The position numbers were made by a program, and so were the translations under genes. A DNA stretch of 64,000 bases, from the NCBI GenBank assembly GCA_963779415.1, contig CAVZYA010000002.1:1184001-1248000 (forward strand), given 5' to 3'. The DNA is from an uncultured Acidobacteriota bacterium (GTDB taxonomy: Bacteria > Acidobacteriota > Thermoanaerobaculia > UBA5066). Every line of letters starts with the position of its first letter. Position 1 is the first letter of the stretch. The notes under the pieces were generated by a model. The model did not search any database. It was given only the letters and a program-made list of their open reading frames with translations, and was not told the origin of the DNA. This document shows positions 63,401-64,000 of the stretch, in pieces.

Positions 63401-63634
63401 TTCGTCCCGGCCCTCGACCACCAGTTCGTCGGTCTCGCCTCGGCTGCCGGAAGCGCCGACGGGGCCCCGCGCCCGGTCGAGAAGGAGTACTACACGGAGC
63501 TGAAGGCGAAACTGGATGCCGTCCTCGCCGACTTGAACACCGTCCTCGACAAGGACCTCGCCGATTTCAACGCCGCGGTCCGCGACGCCGGGATCCCGGC
63601 CGTCTCGGTGCCGCCGAAGACGGCAAAGATGTGA
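60449..63634 (+). CDS. Secreted BNR/Asp-box (VPS10/GH74-like) glycosyl hydrolase, paralog of 53258..56492
   Basis: GGAGGAG SD, signal peptide, FREIGPFRGGRV, Asp-boxes. Confidence 0.92.
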   Translation: MIAILLATLLALPAAATPAKPPTETPSVRSLSDQMEGLSFREIGPFRGGRVVAVTGVVGEPLTFYFGGTGGGVFKSANGGQGWEPVTDKYFKTGSVGAIAVSESDPNVIWVGMGEACIRGNTSHGDGVWRSTDAGRTWKNVGLQATEQISAVVVHPKNPDVAWVAALGHTWGPNPERGIYRTTDGGATWKKVLFVDEKTGASDLAIDPTNPRILYAAFWQVARKPWTLESGGPGSGLWKSTDGGDTWKKLSGGLPEGIVGRIGVSVSASRPDRVYAMVEAEKGGLFRTDDAGEKWTRVNEGNDLRQRAWYYSHVFADPKSADTVYVLNVRFEKSVDGGKTFTAVRTPHGDNHALWIDPNDPERMIEGNDGGANVSFDGGRSWSTVLNQPTAQFYRVVTDDRVPYRVYGAQQDNTTVAIASRTRGFGIGLTDWYEVAGCESGWIAPSPKDPDVVYSGCYGGSINRFDHRTGESREVVAWPQLAVGQAAKDLKYRFQWNAPILISPNDPNVLYHAAQKLLKSTDEGRTWTEISPDLTRNDPTKQGKSGGPITKDDTGVEVYDVIFALAEAPNEPGVIWAGTDDGLVWVTRDGGKNWSNVTPKGIPEWIQINAIDLSRHEKGTAYVAATMYKFDDFRPYLYKTSDYGKSWTKIVNGIPDGTFTRVVREDPGRRGLLFAGTETGLYISFDDGANWQPFSRNLPAVPITDLTVKDRDLILATQGRSFWILDDISPLREWSPGIASKDLFLFASSPAPRMAGGGAWWMEGEGGPRGVGQNPANGAYVYYWLKEKPPEKAKGKDAITIEILDGETLLRTFTSEKPPEPGEGAPPPDANRERPLEPKQGLNRFVWDLRMLRPQLVPKAVLWGNRLGPKVAPGSYTVRLTKGDTVLTGRVEVEANPGLKISGADLAAQAAFLRDVRDRITDAHQAVVRIRDAKAQLKEVAARAEKLGKKDPIASKAKALTEKLTAIEEKLVNPKLKASQDILNFVPALDHQFVGLASAAGSADGAPRPVEKEYYTELKAKLDAVLADLNTVLDKDLADFNAAVRDAGIPAVSVPPKTAKM

Positions 63635-64000
63635 TCCGATCCACCCCATACCTCACCGCACTGCTTCTTGCGATGGGGACCGCGGCCGCGACGGCCGCGG
63701 CCGCCACCCCGGAGGTTCGCGTCATGCAGATCACCTCGACGGCGTTCGCCGACAACGGATCGATCCCCGCGAAGTTCACCTGCGAAGGCTCCGACGTCTC
63801 TCCCGCGCTCGCCTGGTCGGGGGCTCCGGCGGGGACGAAGTCCTTTGCCCTCATCGTGGACGACCCCGACGCCCCCGACCCGGCGGCCCCGAAGATGACG
63901 TGGGTCCACTGGGTTCTCTACGACATCCCGCCCTCCGCGTCCGGGCTTCCCGAGGCCGTCGCCCCCGCCGCCCTCCCGAAAGGGACGCGCGAAGGGACCA
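63631..64000 (+). CDS. YbhB/YbcL (PEBP/Raf kinase inhibitor-like) protein, partial
   Basis: Manual translation from GTG 63631: signal-like region, MQITSTAF, FTCEGSDVSPALAW, ALIVDDPDAP, WVHWVLYDIP. Confidence 0.9.
   Translation, partial: MIRSTPYLTALLLAMGTAAATAAAATPEVRVMQITSTAFADNGSIPAKFTCEGSDVSPALAWSGAPAGTKSFALIVDDPDAPDPAAPKMTWVHWVLYDIPPSASGLPEAVAPAALPKGTREGT

Overview
Very GC-rich bacterial DNA. The kinase-TPR, BNR/VPS10 and FG-GAP gene families suggest Acidobacteriota (inference). About a dozen single-base frameshifts, mostly in short homopolymers, look like long-read errors. I saw no rRNA, tRNA, CRISPR array or intact transposase. Two loci stand out. (1) A fluoride-response island at about 18.9-29.0 kb. 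Two fluoride (crcB-motif) riboswitches on the minus strand each sit directly upstream of a different dynamin-like GTPase gene, giving dynamin-enolase-metallophosphoesterase and dynamin-glutathione peroxidase-CHAT runs. Each riboswitch is back-to-back with a divergent transporter gene (crcB/Fluc plus DUF190, and an ArsB/NhaD/SLC13-type permease). (2) An operon at about 46.6-52.3 kb. It encodes an AraC-type HTH protein, a signal-less thermolysin-like metallopeptidase, a small protein resembling that peptidase's C-terminal domain, and a trypsin-like protease fused to an S1/P1 nuclease domain. The nuclease's Zn-binding WGALGH start is buried internally, so it is a candidate protease-activated pro-nuclease. 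The rest includes a 2-oxoacid:ferredoxin oxidoreductase/9-heme cytochrome c/cytochrome b/two-component cluster, an acyl-CoA synthetase-GNAT fusion, a Phd-VapC toxin-antitoxin pair, two Ser/Thr kinases, a cholesterol oxidase-like GMC enzyme, a eukaryote-like phenylalanine hydroxylase and two paralogous BNR hydrolases. All calls come from reading motifs by eye; no database searches were run.
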